IMG/VR virus record: IMGVR_UViG_2795385563_000001
Direction: 5' to 3' (one strand)
Length of the DNA: 64,000 nt
From: a virus
Shown: piece after piece, positions 18,290 to 27,116 of the stretch
How positions within the stretch are numbered: position 1 is the first letter of the stretch
Layout: the number at the start of each line of letters is the position of its first letter
Program-made: the position numbers and the translations under genes
The notes under the pieces: generated by a model
The model's database searches: none
What the model was told of the DNA's origin: nothing
Seen by the model: only the letters and a program-made list of their open reading frames with translations

Positions 18290-19037
18290 GCGCCGTGGGC
18301 TCCGCGCGCGCTGTAAGGGAGCCTATTCCGTATCGGAGTGCAAATGCGCGGATGATCTCGATCGAGCGGCGGCAGTCACCCACGGTGCGGTGATCCGAAC
18401 CCGGGGTTGCAGCGGCGAGCTCCTCGTATCCTCCGGGGTCGATGAAACGGGCCAACTCGGTCAACGCAGAAGCATCGATTGTGCGGTGTGTGAAGCGGGC
18501 GAAGAGTTTTGGCATGTGCAATGCCAAGAACGGTCCATCGAGGGCCCGAACCGAACTGCCAACCAATGGAACCGGCTCCACGACCCCGTGCTCATCGAGG
18601 AACGCGCAGAGCTGATCGGAACCTCGCCGGGACTCGACGACAGTGGTATGGGTTCCATCTGCATGGCCTTGCGAGAATCTCCAAGGCTGGTGCAGGTCAG
18701 AGAGCAGCCAGTTGTTCAGGTGCATCGTCTGCGCCGGGTCTAAAGGCGCCCCTCGGTCCCATTGTGCGTGGGTGTGTTTCGCCCACGCCACGTTCTCCGG
18801 TGATGCGATCAGGACGCAGTGATGCGCAATCTCGTGCAGCTGTGAATCGATGATGACAATGCCGACTTCGAGGAGAAGATCGGAATTGACATCCAGGCCC
18901 GTGGTCTCGATGTCAATCACCGCTAAGCGGTTGAACGCAGCTGTGCCCTGTTCAGTCATAGGAGACAGCTTGTACGACTGCCTCTGCGACGCACCATGTC
19001 TGTAGGCGACACGCCGAGGGGCGATCAACCGACCCAA
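18279..19037 (-). CDS. DEDDh 3'-5' exonuclease, oligoribonuclease (Orn)-like
   Basis: VIDIETTGLD (exo I) ... HTHAQ ... NNW ... SVRALDGPFLALHMPKLFARFTHRTIDASALTEL aligns with the Orn family (YH..D exo III). Confidence 0.7.
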   Translation of the reverse strand: MGRLIAPRRVAYRHGASQRQSYKLSPMTEQGTAAFNRLAVIDIETTGLDVNSDLLLEVGIVIIDSQLHEIAHHCVLIASPENVAWAKHTHAQWDRGAPLDPAQTMHLNNWLLSDLHQPWRFSQGHADGTHTTVVESRRGSDQLCAFLDEHGVVEPVPLVGSSVRALDGPFLALHMPKLFARFTHRTIDASALTELARFIDPGGYEELAAATPGSDHRTVGDCRRSIEIIRAFALRYGIGSLTARAEPTAPTN

Positions 19038-19050
19038 TGCCGCCAGGCCG

Positions 19051-19674
19051 CTACGGCGTCAGTAGGCGCCAGGCCTCGCGATCGATTCCGCGGATGCGGC
19101 GGTAGAGCTGGTCTCGGTTCACGCCGAGGGTTCGGGCTACCCAGACCATTGGGACAGTCAGCTCAACCGCCGCGGCGATGAGGCTCAAGGGTGGTTGTGC
19201 AGCATCACCGTTCAGCCCGCCTTCTCGGAGCTTGATCAGGGCATCATCGAGACCCGGGCCCACGACCCAAGCACGTTTGAGCAGCACCGAATCCGCCTCG
19301 TCGATGTACTCGCGAACGGCACGCTTCAGCTCTGTTGCCGTTCTTGGGTGGGGGTGCAACAACCATCGTTCCAGTGCCAATGCCAGCGCCGGCCGCTTGT
19401 CGGCGCTTTCGATTTGGCCGGCCAGCACATCGGCCACCAGCGACGTCAAAGCACCTGCGCGCCTTCTCGAACCGGCCCCGTCGCCGGCTGCGTGGATCAG
19501 CGGGTAGACCCTGCGCGATGTTTGAGACCGCACTGGATCTGCCGACCCCGACGCGGCCACGACTAGCGCGGTGCACGCCGCATGTTCGACAGTGTCCGAT
19601 AGCTGTTCACGACCCGCTTTGCCGATTTTCCGGACCGGCCCAGCTGATAGGTCTGGTTGAGTTTGTGTCATCAC
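19051..19674 (-). CDS. Hypothetical protein with C-terminal HTH-like segment
   Basis: 207 aa. RTLGVNRDQLYRRIRG at the C-terminus. Confidence 0.4.
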   Translation of the reverse strand: MMTQTQPDLSAGPVRKIGKAGREQLSDTVEHAACTALVVAASGSADPVRSQTSRRVYPLIHAAGDGAGSRRRAGALTSLVADVLAGQIESADKRPALALALERWLLHPHPRTATELKRAVREYIDEADSVLLKRAWVVGPGLDDALIKLREGGLNGDAAQPPLSLIAAAVELTVPMVWVARTLGVNRDQLYRRIRGIDREAWRLLTP

Positions 19675-20495
19675 ACGGCGCCCTTCTTGTCGTCGACAAT
19701 CAGACGCACCTTCAGCCGCTCCAGCACCGGCGCCAGGTAGGTCGCGAAATTGTCAGTGTCACTCGGCCCGCCGTGCAGCATGCCGATCGCCTGTGCGTCG
19801 CCGTGACTGTTCACCACGAAGACCGGCGCGCCTGAATCCCCTTGTACCGCGGCTCCTCCCCACTCCAGCTGGTCCTGCCCTGCGGCGATCAACGGACCAC
19901 ACGTCACGCCCGAGCGTGATCCGTTCATGCACACCGGTGTTCCGGCAGGCAGAGACTTCGCCGATGGAACGGACATCACGCCGCGCAGCCGGACTCCGTC
20001 ACTAATCAGGGTGCTGTAGGCCGCTGCTTGCTGGGCCGGGGACAGGAAGAACAGAGCTGCGTCGTACTTGCGGCCGCCGTCGTCGACTCCGCGTTCCGCA
20101 TTCTGCAGCGGCGACAGGTTCAGCCGACCGACACCGTCTGCGTCGGTGTACATCCAGAGCGGCGCGCCCTCTTTGCGATCGCAGTGCCCCGCGGTCAGGT
20201 ACCCGACATCGCTGCGGGTGCTGAGCACCGGCCACGACATGGTGCATTCCGATACTTCGGTGGGCTCGAACTGCTGCACCAGGCTCACGCCCGGACGTGG
20301 AGAGGTCGCCGCTGTGAACGCCACCGGTGGCCGCGACCCGCGCACTCCTGCAATCGAAACCCACACATCTGCCGCCGGCGCCGGATCGGCGCGCGCGTTC
20401 ACGCTCATCGATAGGCAGATCGCGCCGACTAGCCCTGTTATCGCGCTACCGCACGCCGCGCGCATCAGCAGACGCCGGGACTTGGCAGCTGTCAT
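19671..20495 (-). CDS. Secreted trypsin-like (S1 family) serine protease
   Basis: Signal peptide. Catalytic motifs TAGHC (His) and GDSGAP (Ser). Confidence 0.7.
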   Translation of the reverse strand: MTAAKSRRLLMRAACGSAITGLVGAICLSMSVNARADPAPAADVWVSIAGVRGSRPPVAFTAATSPRPGVSLVQQFEPTEVSECTMSWPVLSTRSDVGYLTAGHCDRKEGAPLWMYTDADGVGRLNLSPLQNAERGVDDGGRKYDAALFFLSPAQQAAAYSTLISDGVRLRGVMSVPSAKSLPAGTPVCMNGSRSGVTCGPLIAAGQDQLEWGGAAVQGDSGAPVFVVNSHGDAQAIGMLHGGPSDTDNFATYLAPVLERLKVRLIVDDKKGAV

Positions 20496-20694
20496 GGCCG
20501 CTCCTTGTCTGCAGTTCGCCTCGTTCCAACGCGCGAAGAATACACAGATACGTACTGTGCATCACCTGCATACATAGTCGGCAACAATGCGGCAAGTCGC
20601 CACTCGCGCCGCGCTCAACGCTGCTGCCGAACATCCCCTAGCCTCCGCCGGAACATCGCGTCAGCCCGACCGAGAACCTTCAGGAGACCGACAC

Positions 20695-21513
20695 ATGTCC
20701 GCAGGTAAGCGCTCAATCCTGTCCGCCATCGCCACAGCCGCAGCCTTCATAGCCGTGGGTAGCGGCACCGCGTACGCAGATCCTGAATCCGACCAACCCA
20801 CAGACATCTCGGTGGTCGATCATGGTGCATCCGACTATGCAGAGCAACCGGCAACAGATTCGGTGTTCGAGCGGCACATGGTCGATGAGGAGTTCGCGCC
20901 CGGGCCCGTGGAAGCACCCGACGGGGAACCCACACCGGTGGAGGGAGATCCGCTGGTCGAAGAACCCGCACCAGAAGAAGACCCGGTCATCGTGGACGAC
21001 CCGATACCTGGTGCCGCGCCGTCACGTCCCCTGGTACTGGTACCCGAGGCCTCGACCAGGCCAGTCATCTCGGCTGCCGCCATCGACAAGTCCAACATCG
21101 TTTACACAGCGCACCCGGTGCCTCATGTCACCGATGCGGACATCTTCGCGGGGCTGCAGGCCGCCGGCGTAAATCCCGGGCTGTTCAGGCGATTCGACGC
21201 CGCGACACGCACCATCATGGGCGGCGAATCCGGCGGAGCGACCAACGCGGTCAACCGCAGGGACTCCAATGCGTGGGGCGCCCGACAGAGCGACGGCGCT
21301 CCTGCGGGAAGCTCGCGCGGCCTGATGCAGACGGTCCCAGGCACTTTCGCGGCAAATCACGCACCGGGTACTTCGACGTTCATCTATGACCCGGTCGCCA
21401 ACATCGCTGCGGCATGGCGCTATATCGCCGTGCGTTACCACGTCGACTTGCACACGGGTGCTGGACTGGTCACCTTCATGGCGCGCGGTGTCGGGCACGG
21501 AGTCGGGTATTGA
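20695..21513 (+). CDS. Secreted lytic transglycosylase (SLT domain) protein
   Basis: Signal peptide MSAGKRSILSAIATAAAFIAVGSGTAYA. Acidic Pro-rich linker. The C-terminal SLT core is GGESGG...SSRGLMQ. The start was moved to ATG 20695 after AGGAG. Confidence 0.6.
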   Translation: MSAGKRSILSAIATAAAFIAVGSGTAYADPESDQPTDISVVDHGASDYAEQPATDSVFERHMVDEEFAPGPVEAPDGEPTPVEGDPLVEEPAPEEDPVIVDDPIPGAAPSRPLVLVPEASTRPVISAAAIDKSNIVYTAHPVPHVTDADIFAGLQAAGVNPGLFRRFDAATRTIMGGESGGATNAVNRRDSNAWGARQSDGAPAGSSRGLMQTVPGTFAANHAPGTSTFIYDPVANIAAAWRYIAVRYHVDLHTGAGLVTFMARGVGHGVGY

Positions 21514-21550
21514 GTCCCCAATCAAATCTGCGTCGACGAGCGGAGAACAC

Positions 21551-23803
21551 ATGACCGACCCCATCGAGCAGGCTATCGACCGCTACAACTCGGTCTTGGC
21601 GCAGCCCAGCGGGCGACTGTGGGCACCGGTGTGCCTGCGCCAGATCGAAGACGCTGTCGACTCGAAGTACGGTGCAGGGACCTGGAAGCGTGACGTCGCA
21701 CCCGAGCTCGCACCAGAACTCGTCTCAGGTAGGCGGCTGGATTCTGCCGCGCTCATGACACGGCTCAAGGAGTCAACGCCGCACTCTGTTCTACCAACCG
21801 ATCCGCAGTTGACGTCGCCCGTAGCCGCGGACCCGGCTGCCTCCGGCCTGCAGGCCGGGTCACCGGACGGTTATCGCAAATGGCTTCAGGGCAACGCGGT
21901 TCTTCCCCAGCTGGATCCGAACGACAACACCGCCATCAACGCACTCGACGCCGGTATCGAAGCGCTGAATCAGAGTTGGTTTGTCGTGGATCCGGCGCAA
22001 GCCTGGTTCCCGGACGGGGCGCGCTTTCCCAGTACCGGACCGAACATCTCCACGCTGGGTGGCACCTATTCTCTGGCCAAGAACCTGATCCCGCAGTGGC
22101 GCATCGCAATCGACACGCTGCTCAAAGCTTTCGAGGGATCAGGTGAGTACCTGATCGAGCAGCAGCTCGTCAAGATCCGGGATTCGATCACGACGCTGGC
22201 GGGCGACGCCGAGGCGTCCAGCGAGGTTCACAACCAAATCGCCCGGTACGGCATCGCGGCCAATGACAGTTTCCAACAGCTGCGCGGCGAGGAATTGGCG
22301 AAGCGAAAAGACATCGCTGACACGGCCAAAGATGTGGCGAGGTCGCAGATGAACGTGAGGCTCCCGCACGGAATCGAGGTCACCGACGAAGCAGTCGATA
22401 AGACTGACGTCACCACATATAGCTCCCGCGGCGAGTTCACGAAGATCTCACCTGTCGCAACTACATTGAGCAAGACCGACGAAGTCGCGCGCCAGGGCGC
22501 GGCGATATCGGCTCTCGCCAAGCAGATCACCACTCCAGCTGCCATATCACCCGAAGTAGCAAATGGCGCGGCGAATGAAGCGGGCGAAGGAAATGGGACC
22601 CGGCGCACCGACACCTCGGTGGGACGAGCTGGATCGGCGGCTGCTCCCGGCGGCGGGTCCGCTGCGGTGTCTCCTGCCGGTGCGAGCAAGGGCGCCAGCT
22701 CGGATCTATCCAAACTGCTGTCATCCCTTGGATCTGGGAGTCTCGGTCAACAGATCCCGCAGGCCATCGCGCCCGCTCAACAGGCCGCTCAACAAGCCGC
22801 TCAACCTCTGGCTCAGGCCGCGCAACAAGCAGGCAAGGTGCCCGAAGAGCTTCTCAAGTCGCTCAAAGGTCAGGATCTTGGCAACCAGCGTCACGCCGGC
22901 CCAGACACCGCTGCGGCGAAGGCGGCCAACAAGGACCGAAGCGCCGCGACCACTGCCACATTCACCTCACCAGGCCCCGCTGCACCGAGCGCCGTGGGCG
23001 CCCCTGGAAGCGACGCGCGACCGCACCAGCTCGACGCCACCGGGAAGCCCGTCGACAAGGAGCACAACGGGAAAGTCGACAAAGACGCTGTGCCTTTGTC
23101 CAAAAAGTCGATCAAACCCTTCGACCTGGCCGTTCCTGCGAACGGACACAACGTGCAAGTCAAGGGCGTCCCGGACCCGCGTCTGGGCGAGATGATGCTG
23201 AACCTTGCCGACGCCACCGCGGAGAAGCCGTGCTCGGTGCGCGAGGCCGCGAATGCCTCCGGTATGGACCTGACATCGCTGGGTGATCCGATCGATCCAG
23301 CCGATGTTCAGGTGGGCGATGCAGTGATCGGCGCCTATCAGTCCGGCATGTATCTCGGTGAGGGATTGGTGATCACCTCGACCGGTGTGATCGAAGATCT
23401 CGCGGAGGTGCTCGGCGACAACGGATTTATCTCTGAAGTTCCGCTGCCCGACTTGCCAGACGATGTTCCTGCCGAACCAGATGCCAAAGGCGAGGGGCCT
23501 GACGCCGACCACGCACACCCCGAAGCTGCAGCCAATCCAACGGCTAGGGACAAGACACCGCTTCCCCCGAATCCCCCGCCCGCCGTTGCGAACACACCAG
23601 CGGCTCCGGCGCCTCCAAATCCAGCACCGCCTCAAGGCGCACCAGCTGTTGACGCCCCCGCTGCGGTCCAGGCACCACCTGCCCCAGCACCAACGCCTAC
23701 CGCTCCTTCACCGCTTGCGTCAGGCCCGGCTGACGCGGCAGGGGCCACTCCGGCGGGCCCGGTGCCCCAACAGGTCGGTTATCAGGGGCATGCACTCGGA
23801 TGA
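21551..23803 (+). CDS. Large Ala/Gln/Pro-rich protein with C-terminal Cys-containing globular domain and proline-rich tail (candidate secreted substrate)
   Basis: About 750 aa. Helical N-terminal third, AQQAAQQAAQ and P/A-rich tracts, then a ...KPCSVREAANASGMD...GDAVIGAYQSGMYLGEGLVITS region. Start moved to ATG 21551. Confidence 0.5.
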   Translation: MTDPIEQAIDRYNSVLAQPSGRLWAPVCLRQIEDAVDSKYGAGTWKRDVAPELAPELVSGRRLDSAALMTRLKESTPHSVLPTDPQLTSPVAADPAASGLQAGSPDGYRKWLQGNAVLPQLDPNDNTAINALDAGIEALNQSWFVVDPAQAWFPDGARFPSTGPNISTLGGTYSLAKNLIPQWRIAIDTLLKAFEGSGEYLIEQQLVKIRDSITTLAGDAEASSEVHNQIARYGIAANDSFQQLRGEELAKRKDIADTAKDVARSQMNVRLPHGIEVTDEAVDKTDVTTYSSRGEFTKISPVATTLSKTDEVARQGAAISALAKQITTPAAISPEVANGAANEAGEGNGTRRTDTSVGRAGSAAAPGGGSAAVSPAGASKGASSDLSKLLSSLGSGSLGQQIPQAIAPAQQAAQQAAQPLAQAAQQAGKVPEELLKSLKGQDLGNQRHAGPDTAAAKAANKDRSAATTATFTSPGPAAPSAVGAPGSDARPHQLDATGKPVDKEHNGKVDKDAVPLSKKSIKPFDLAVPANGHNVQVKGVPDPRLGEMMLNLADATAEKPCSVREAANASGMDLTSLGDPIDPADVQVGDAVIGAYQSGMYLGEGLVITSTGVIEDLAEVLGDNGFISEVPLPDLPDDVPAEPDAKGEGPDADHAHPEAAANPTARDKTPLPPNPPPAVANTPAAPAPPNPAPPQGAPAVDAPAAVQAPPAPAPTPTAPSPLASGPADAAGATPAGPVPQQVGYQGHALG

Positions 23804-23841
23804 CGCGCCCTGAGCCATGATTCGAATGCTGGCCAGGCACC

Positions 23842-25215
23842 ATGCGCCGCGTGATCAATGAGCAGCTTCAGGAAATCCTCGATTCCGAATCAGAGCCTCC
23901 CGCTGAAGATCGAGCGCCCGCTCCCATCTCGCCGGTGAACCAGGAGGTGCCCGAGACGGGTCACGATGCTCACCGCGCCGAAAGCCACACGCAGGCAGAA
24001 GATGTCAGCGACAACCCTGCTAGCCCCAAGGGACGCTCAATCAGCTCGCTCATCAAAGCAGCCGTGAACGCCAACCCCGATATCGCTCCGATCGCCGAGT
24101 CAGCCGGGGTCGACATCCGCATGAACCCCGATGGCACCATCAAGGTCTCCGACGCGATGCGGGCCGCGATGCGCGCGCTGGTTCCGGGACGTGACAAAGC
24201 GCCGTCAGACGCCCCATATCGAAGCATCAATGGCTGGTTGACCGCGAACAACACCAGCGCCGCACCGGTGACCGAGACGTCGCCGTACTTCACGGTCTCC
24301 CACTGGCATTGGCTCGCCGCCAAATCAATGGTCCGGCAGATCCCCATCGAGCTGGGTCCGACGTTTCCGTTCCTGTCCACCTCTGAGGCGCAGATCATCC
24401 ATGACCTCACACAGTGGCAGGCCCTTGACGCGCACGGGCATCTGACCGACGAAGCTACCGAGATGTTCAATGCGGTGACCGGACACGCTGAATTGACTGT
24501 CTACTGCACGGTGTTGCTCTATGCGCAGCGCCGAGCGCCCGTGCAGGTACCAGCGGAATTGAAGCCGTACGGCGTCCAGGCCGCGGTGCGTGACGTTCCG
24601 CGGGTAACTTTCGTGGTCGGTGTAGGTAAGCGCGAAGTGGTCTCAGCGCTGATCAACAACAGCACCGTGGTGTTCAACCGCAGACTGCGTCGCGACGAGC
24701 CCAACACCGATGCAGCCTCCGCTGTCCTGGATCTGCTGGATCCGCAAGGCCACTGGCCCGCGTACCCGCTGAAGGCCCCGATTGTGCTGCCCGGTGCGGT
24801 GGTCGAGCAGCTCTCCGCTGATTCCAACGCCTCCACCCTCTTCGACAGCGAACCCGAACCCGACGCGGACGAGAAGGTTCGCGTCGAAGCTGAAGCAGCG
24901 CGCGAGCGCGCACGCAAAGCGGCCCGCAACGTGCTGAATGCCGCAAAGACACCTGCAGGTGCACAAGCAGCAATCTCGGAAATCGCAGGCTGTACGACCC
25001 ACGCGCTGGCCACCTTGACGGTCAGCACGTGCGATGTCGATGTTTCACGAAGCGAGCCCGGCGCTCTGGCCTTGGCATTCATGCGCGACCGAGGAATCGT
25101 CGCCTCGTACCCCGGCGGCGTCGGCAGCCTCAAGCGCATCACCTACGCAACCGGCAATGTCGACGGCATCAAAAACGGCATCAGATCGCTCAGCAATGCA
25201 TTCAAAGGGGCTTAG
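23842..25215 (+). CDS. Hypothetical protein (457 aa) between the large substrate-like protein and the WXG-like pair
   Basis: No confident domain. Its position suggests a chaperone or accessory role. Confidence 0.45.
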   Translation: MRRVINEQLQEILDSESEPPAEDRAPAPISPVNQEVPETGHDAHRAESHTQAEDVSDNPASPKGRSISSLIKAAVNANPDIAPIAESAGVDIRMNPDGTIKVSDAMRAAMRALVPGRDKAPSDAPYRSINGWLTANNTSAAPVTETSPYFTVSHWHWLAAKSMVRQIPIELGPTFPFLSTSEAQIIHDLTQWQALDAHGHLTDEATEMFNAVTGHAELTVYCTVLLYAQRRAPVQVPAELKPYGVQAAVRDVPRVTFVVGVGKREVVSALINNSTVVFNRRLRRDEPNTDAASAVLDLLDPQGHWPAYPLKAPIVLPGAVVEQLSADSNASTLFDSEPEPDADEKVRVEAEAARERARKAARNVLNAAKTPAGAQAAISEIAGCTTHALATLTVSTCDVDVSRSEPGALALAFMRDRGIVASYPGGVGSLKRITYATGNVDGIKNGIRSLSNAFKGA

Positions 25216-25277
25216 TGCGGTTTTTTGCGCTACCATCTGCTTGGAATCACCCATCGACTACGACCATCGGAGAAAAC

Positions 25278-25586
25278 ATGGGTACAAGTGGCAGCGTTGC
25301 GATCGCTCCCGAAGACGCACTGAAGATCTGCGACACACTGCAGAATGAGAACGACACGATGCGGGCCGCCCTGGGGCGGATGGGCAACACCGTCGCGGAC
25401 CTACAGGCCCACAGCTACATCTCGGAGACCATGGACGCGTTCCAGGGCAAGTACGAGGGCGAGTCCCGCGTGCAGGCCGAGAAGGTAATCAACCGCGCAG
25501 ATGTCGCGGTGGCCGGCACGCGTGAAGTGATCCGTGTTCAGCTGGAGCGTCAGGCCAGCGGCGCGGCATCGGTACAACGGGCCTAG
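25278..25586 (+). CDS. Small helical protein, WXG100-like (degenerate WxG: FQG)
   Basis: 102 aa, predicted helix-turn-helix hairpin, central ...MDAFQGKYEG.... The start was moved to the internal ATG. The upstream part of the track ORF is Arg-rich junk. Confidence 0.35.
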   Translation: MGTSGSVAIAPEDALKICDTLQNENDTMRAALGRMGNTVADLQAHSYISETMDAFQGKYEGESRVQAEKVINRADVAVAGTREVIRVQLERQASGAASVQRA

Positions 25587-25622
25587 CGGACCACGAACAG
25601 CGACTCAGGAAGGACCTAGAAC

Positions 25623-25922
25623 ATGGCCAAGCAACTTCACCTCGACATCCCCGGAGCGCAGGCTGACGTCCACAAGCTCGACACGGATCTGAAGATCTTC
25701 GAGGAAGCGGGTGCCCGACAGCTGCAGGCATACCAGCAGCTAGCTGGTTCTGTGCAGGGTGTCGGCATGGACACGGCGACCGATTTCTCACGGGAGCAGC
25801 ACGCGGCGATCTCCAGCGTCCACAGCGTGGTGGAACACTGCAAGACCTCGACGCAAGGTGCCATCGACGAGACGATCGGTTACGACCACAGCATCGCCGG
25901 CGGCAAGATGACCGGGCAGTAA
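25623..25922 (+). CDS. Small helical protein, WXG100/EsxB-like (degenerate WxG: VQG)
   Basis: 99 aa. ...LAGSVQGVGMDTA... is centrally placed like EsxB LQGQWRGAAG. It is in tandem with the previous gene. Confidence 0.35.
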   Translation: MAKQLHLDIPGAQADVHKLDTDLKIFEEAGARQLQAYQQLAGSVQGVGMDTATDFSREQHAAISSVHSVVEHCKTSTQGAIDETIGYDHSIAGGKMTGQ

Positions 25923-25944
25923 GCCGGATTTCCAGCGCAACAAG

Positions 25945-25978
25945 AAGGCCCCGCTCACCGAAATGGTGGCGGGGCCTT
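25945..25978. terminator. Hairpin terminator between convergent genes
   Basis: AAGGCCCCGC-loop-GCGGGGCCTT. Confidence 0.55.
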
Positions 25979-26002
25979 CTGCTTGGACGAAAGAAAATGA
26001 CT

Positions 26003-26797
26003 TCAAGCGGCCGACATCGGCACGCTCTGTGAGCCGTGTACCCGGAGTGCTGCGTCCAGCCAGGCTGGCAGCTTCCGGCATGGGCCCAGTCGCATCACCG
26101 GCGCTCCGCCCATCCGCGTAGGCGGGATCGGTACCGTCAGCTGGCCGGCGCTGACGATGATGTCCCCGATCGCGAAGTTCAGGCCGGTAACCGGTGCGTA
26201 TCCGATAGTGGCGGGGTGCTGTGCGTCAGCACCGGTGTCCGGTGTGGTGAACAGGTACACACCACCACCGGGTAGCCCGGGCACCAGTAACGTTGGCGCG
26301 GTGTGAAGCTCGAAGCGGTCACCGCTTGTCTCGGCCGCCCATCTACGCCATTGCACTAGCGCGGTCGCGTCGGGAACGGCGACGGCGACCATATGCGAAA
26401 ACGGTATGTAGATCCCAGCGCTCGGTGTGATGATCCCCGACTCAAGCAGACTCGGCGCACGTTCAGCTCCCACGATTTTCGTGATGTGCCGGTAGTACGT
26501 GGTGACGCGCGCGTTGATCTGCTCGCCAGTGCTGTCGACCTGCCCCTGGCCGGAGAGCTTGCCTGTGGCTTCCTCAGGCATCGCGACTTGCGAAGGAAAC
26601 CGTCGCGTGAGTTCGGCTAGCGCTGTGAGAGTTTCGGCATCCAGCCCATCGGGTACGACGACGTCCGGACCGAGCATTGTGACCGCGCAGCCCGCAGCTG
26701 CCAGCTTCCGCAGATACCCCTTCCAGATGACCTGCGGGGAGCGCGGATCGAGTCCTGCTCCAAGTAGCGCGGCGATCGGATCAGATCCGAGCATCAT
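26003..26797 (-). CDS. Hypothetical protein
   Basis: 264 aa, co-directional with the polymerase gene. Confidence 0.4.
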   Translation of the reverse strand: MMLGSDPIAALLGAGLDPRSPQVIWKGYLRKLAAAGCAVTMLGPDVVVPDGLDAETLTALAELTRRFPSQVAMPEEATGKLSGQGQVDSTGEQINARVTTYYRHITKIVGAERAPSLLESGIITPSAGIYIPFSHMVAVAVPDATALVQWRRWAAETSGDRFELHTAPTLLVPGLPGGGVYLFTTPDTGADAQHPATIGYAPVTGLNFAIGDIIVSAGQLTVPIPPTRMGGAPVMRLGPCRKLPAWLDAALRVHGSQSVPMSAA

Positions 26798-27116
26798 GGC
26801 TCCCTTGCTTGCTGAACGATCGGATGGGGTCGATACGAAAGGACGAAGCGCCTCCAGCGCGCATATAGGGATAGGTCAGCGGATGGACTGCGTACGTGGC
26901 TCCTACCGCGTTGAGGTCGGCCCATCTTGTCGCCTCTTCTGCCGAATCAAACGGACCAACGAACCGCGGAAGGAATGGTTTTCCCCACGTGATATCGAGG
27001 ACGTATTTCTCATCGCCTGCCACTGTCGCTCCTGTGCTGATTGGGCGTTCGCACCCCAAACGGGTCAAGTTCAGCTCGACTGACGTCGAATCATCTTCAT
27101 TTACACGGTCATCCAC
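26781..27116 (-). CDS. Hypothetical protein
   Basis: 111 aa, just downstream of polA. Confidence 0.35.
   Translation of the reverse strand: MDDRVNEDDSTSVELNLTRLGCERPISTGATVAGDEKYVLDITWGKPFLPRFVGPFDSAEEATRWADLNAVGATYAVHPLTYPYMRAGGASSFRIDPIRSFSKQGSHDARI

Noticed and set aside
22967-23635. 222-aa minus-strand ORF and several 100-160-aa ORFs antisense to the large Pro/Ala-rich gene
   Set aside because: The repetitive GC-rich DNA yields open frames on all strands. Only the plus frame gives a coherent protein.
23463-23813. Idea that the proline-rich 3' tail of the large protein is a separate PE/PPE-like gene
   Set aside because: It is in-frame and continuous with the upstream ORF. No PE (about 100 aa) or PPE (about 180 aa) N-terminal signature is present.
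24519-25142. 207-aa minus-strand ORF inside the 457-aa gene
   Set aside because: Antisense. Ala/Ser/Arg low complexity.
25029-25277. Upstream 83 codons of the first WXG-like ORF as called
   Set aside because: Arg/Gln/His-rich non-protein-like sequence in the intergenic region. An internal ATG with a sensible N-terminus was chosen.
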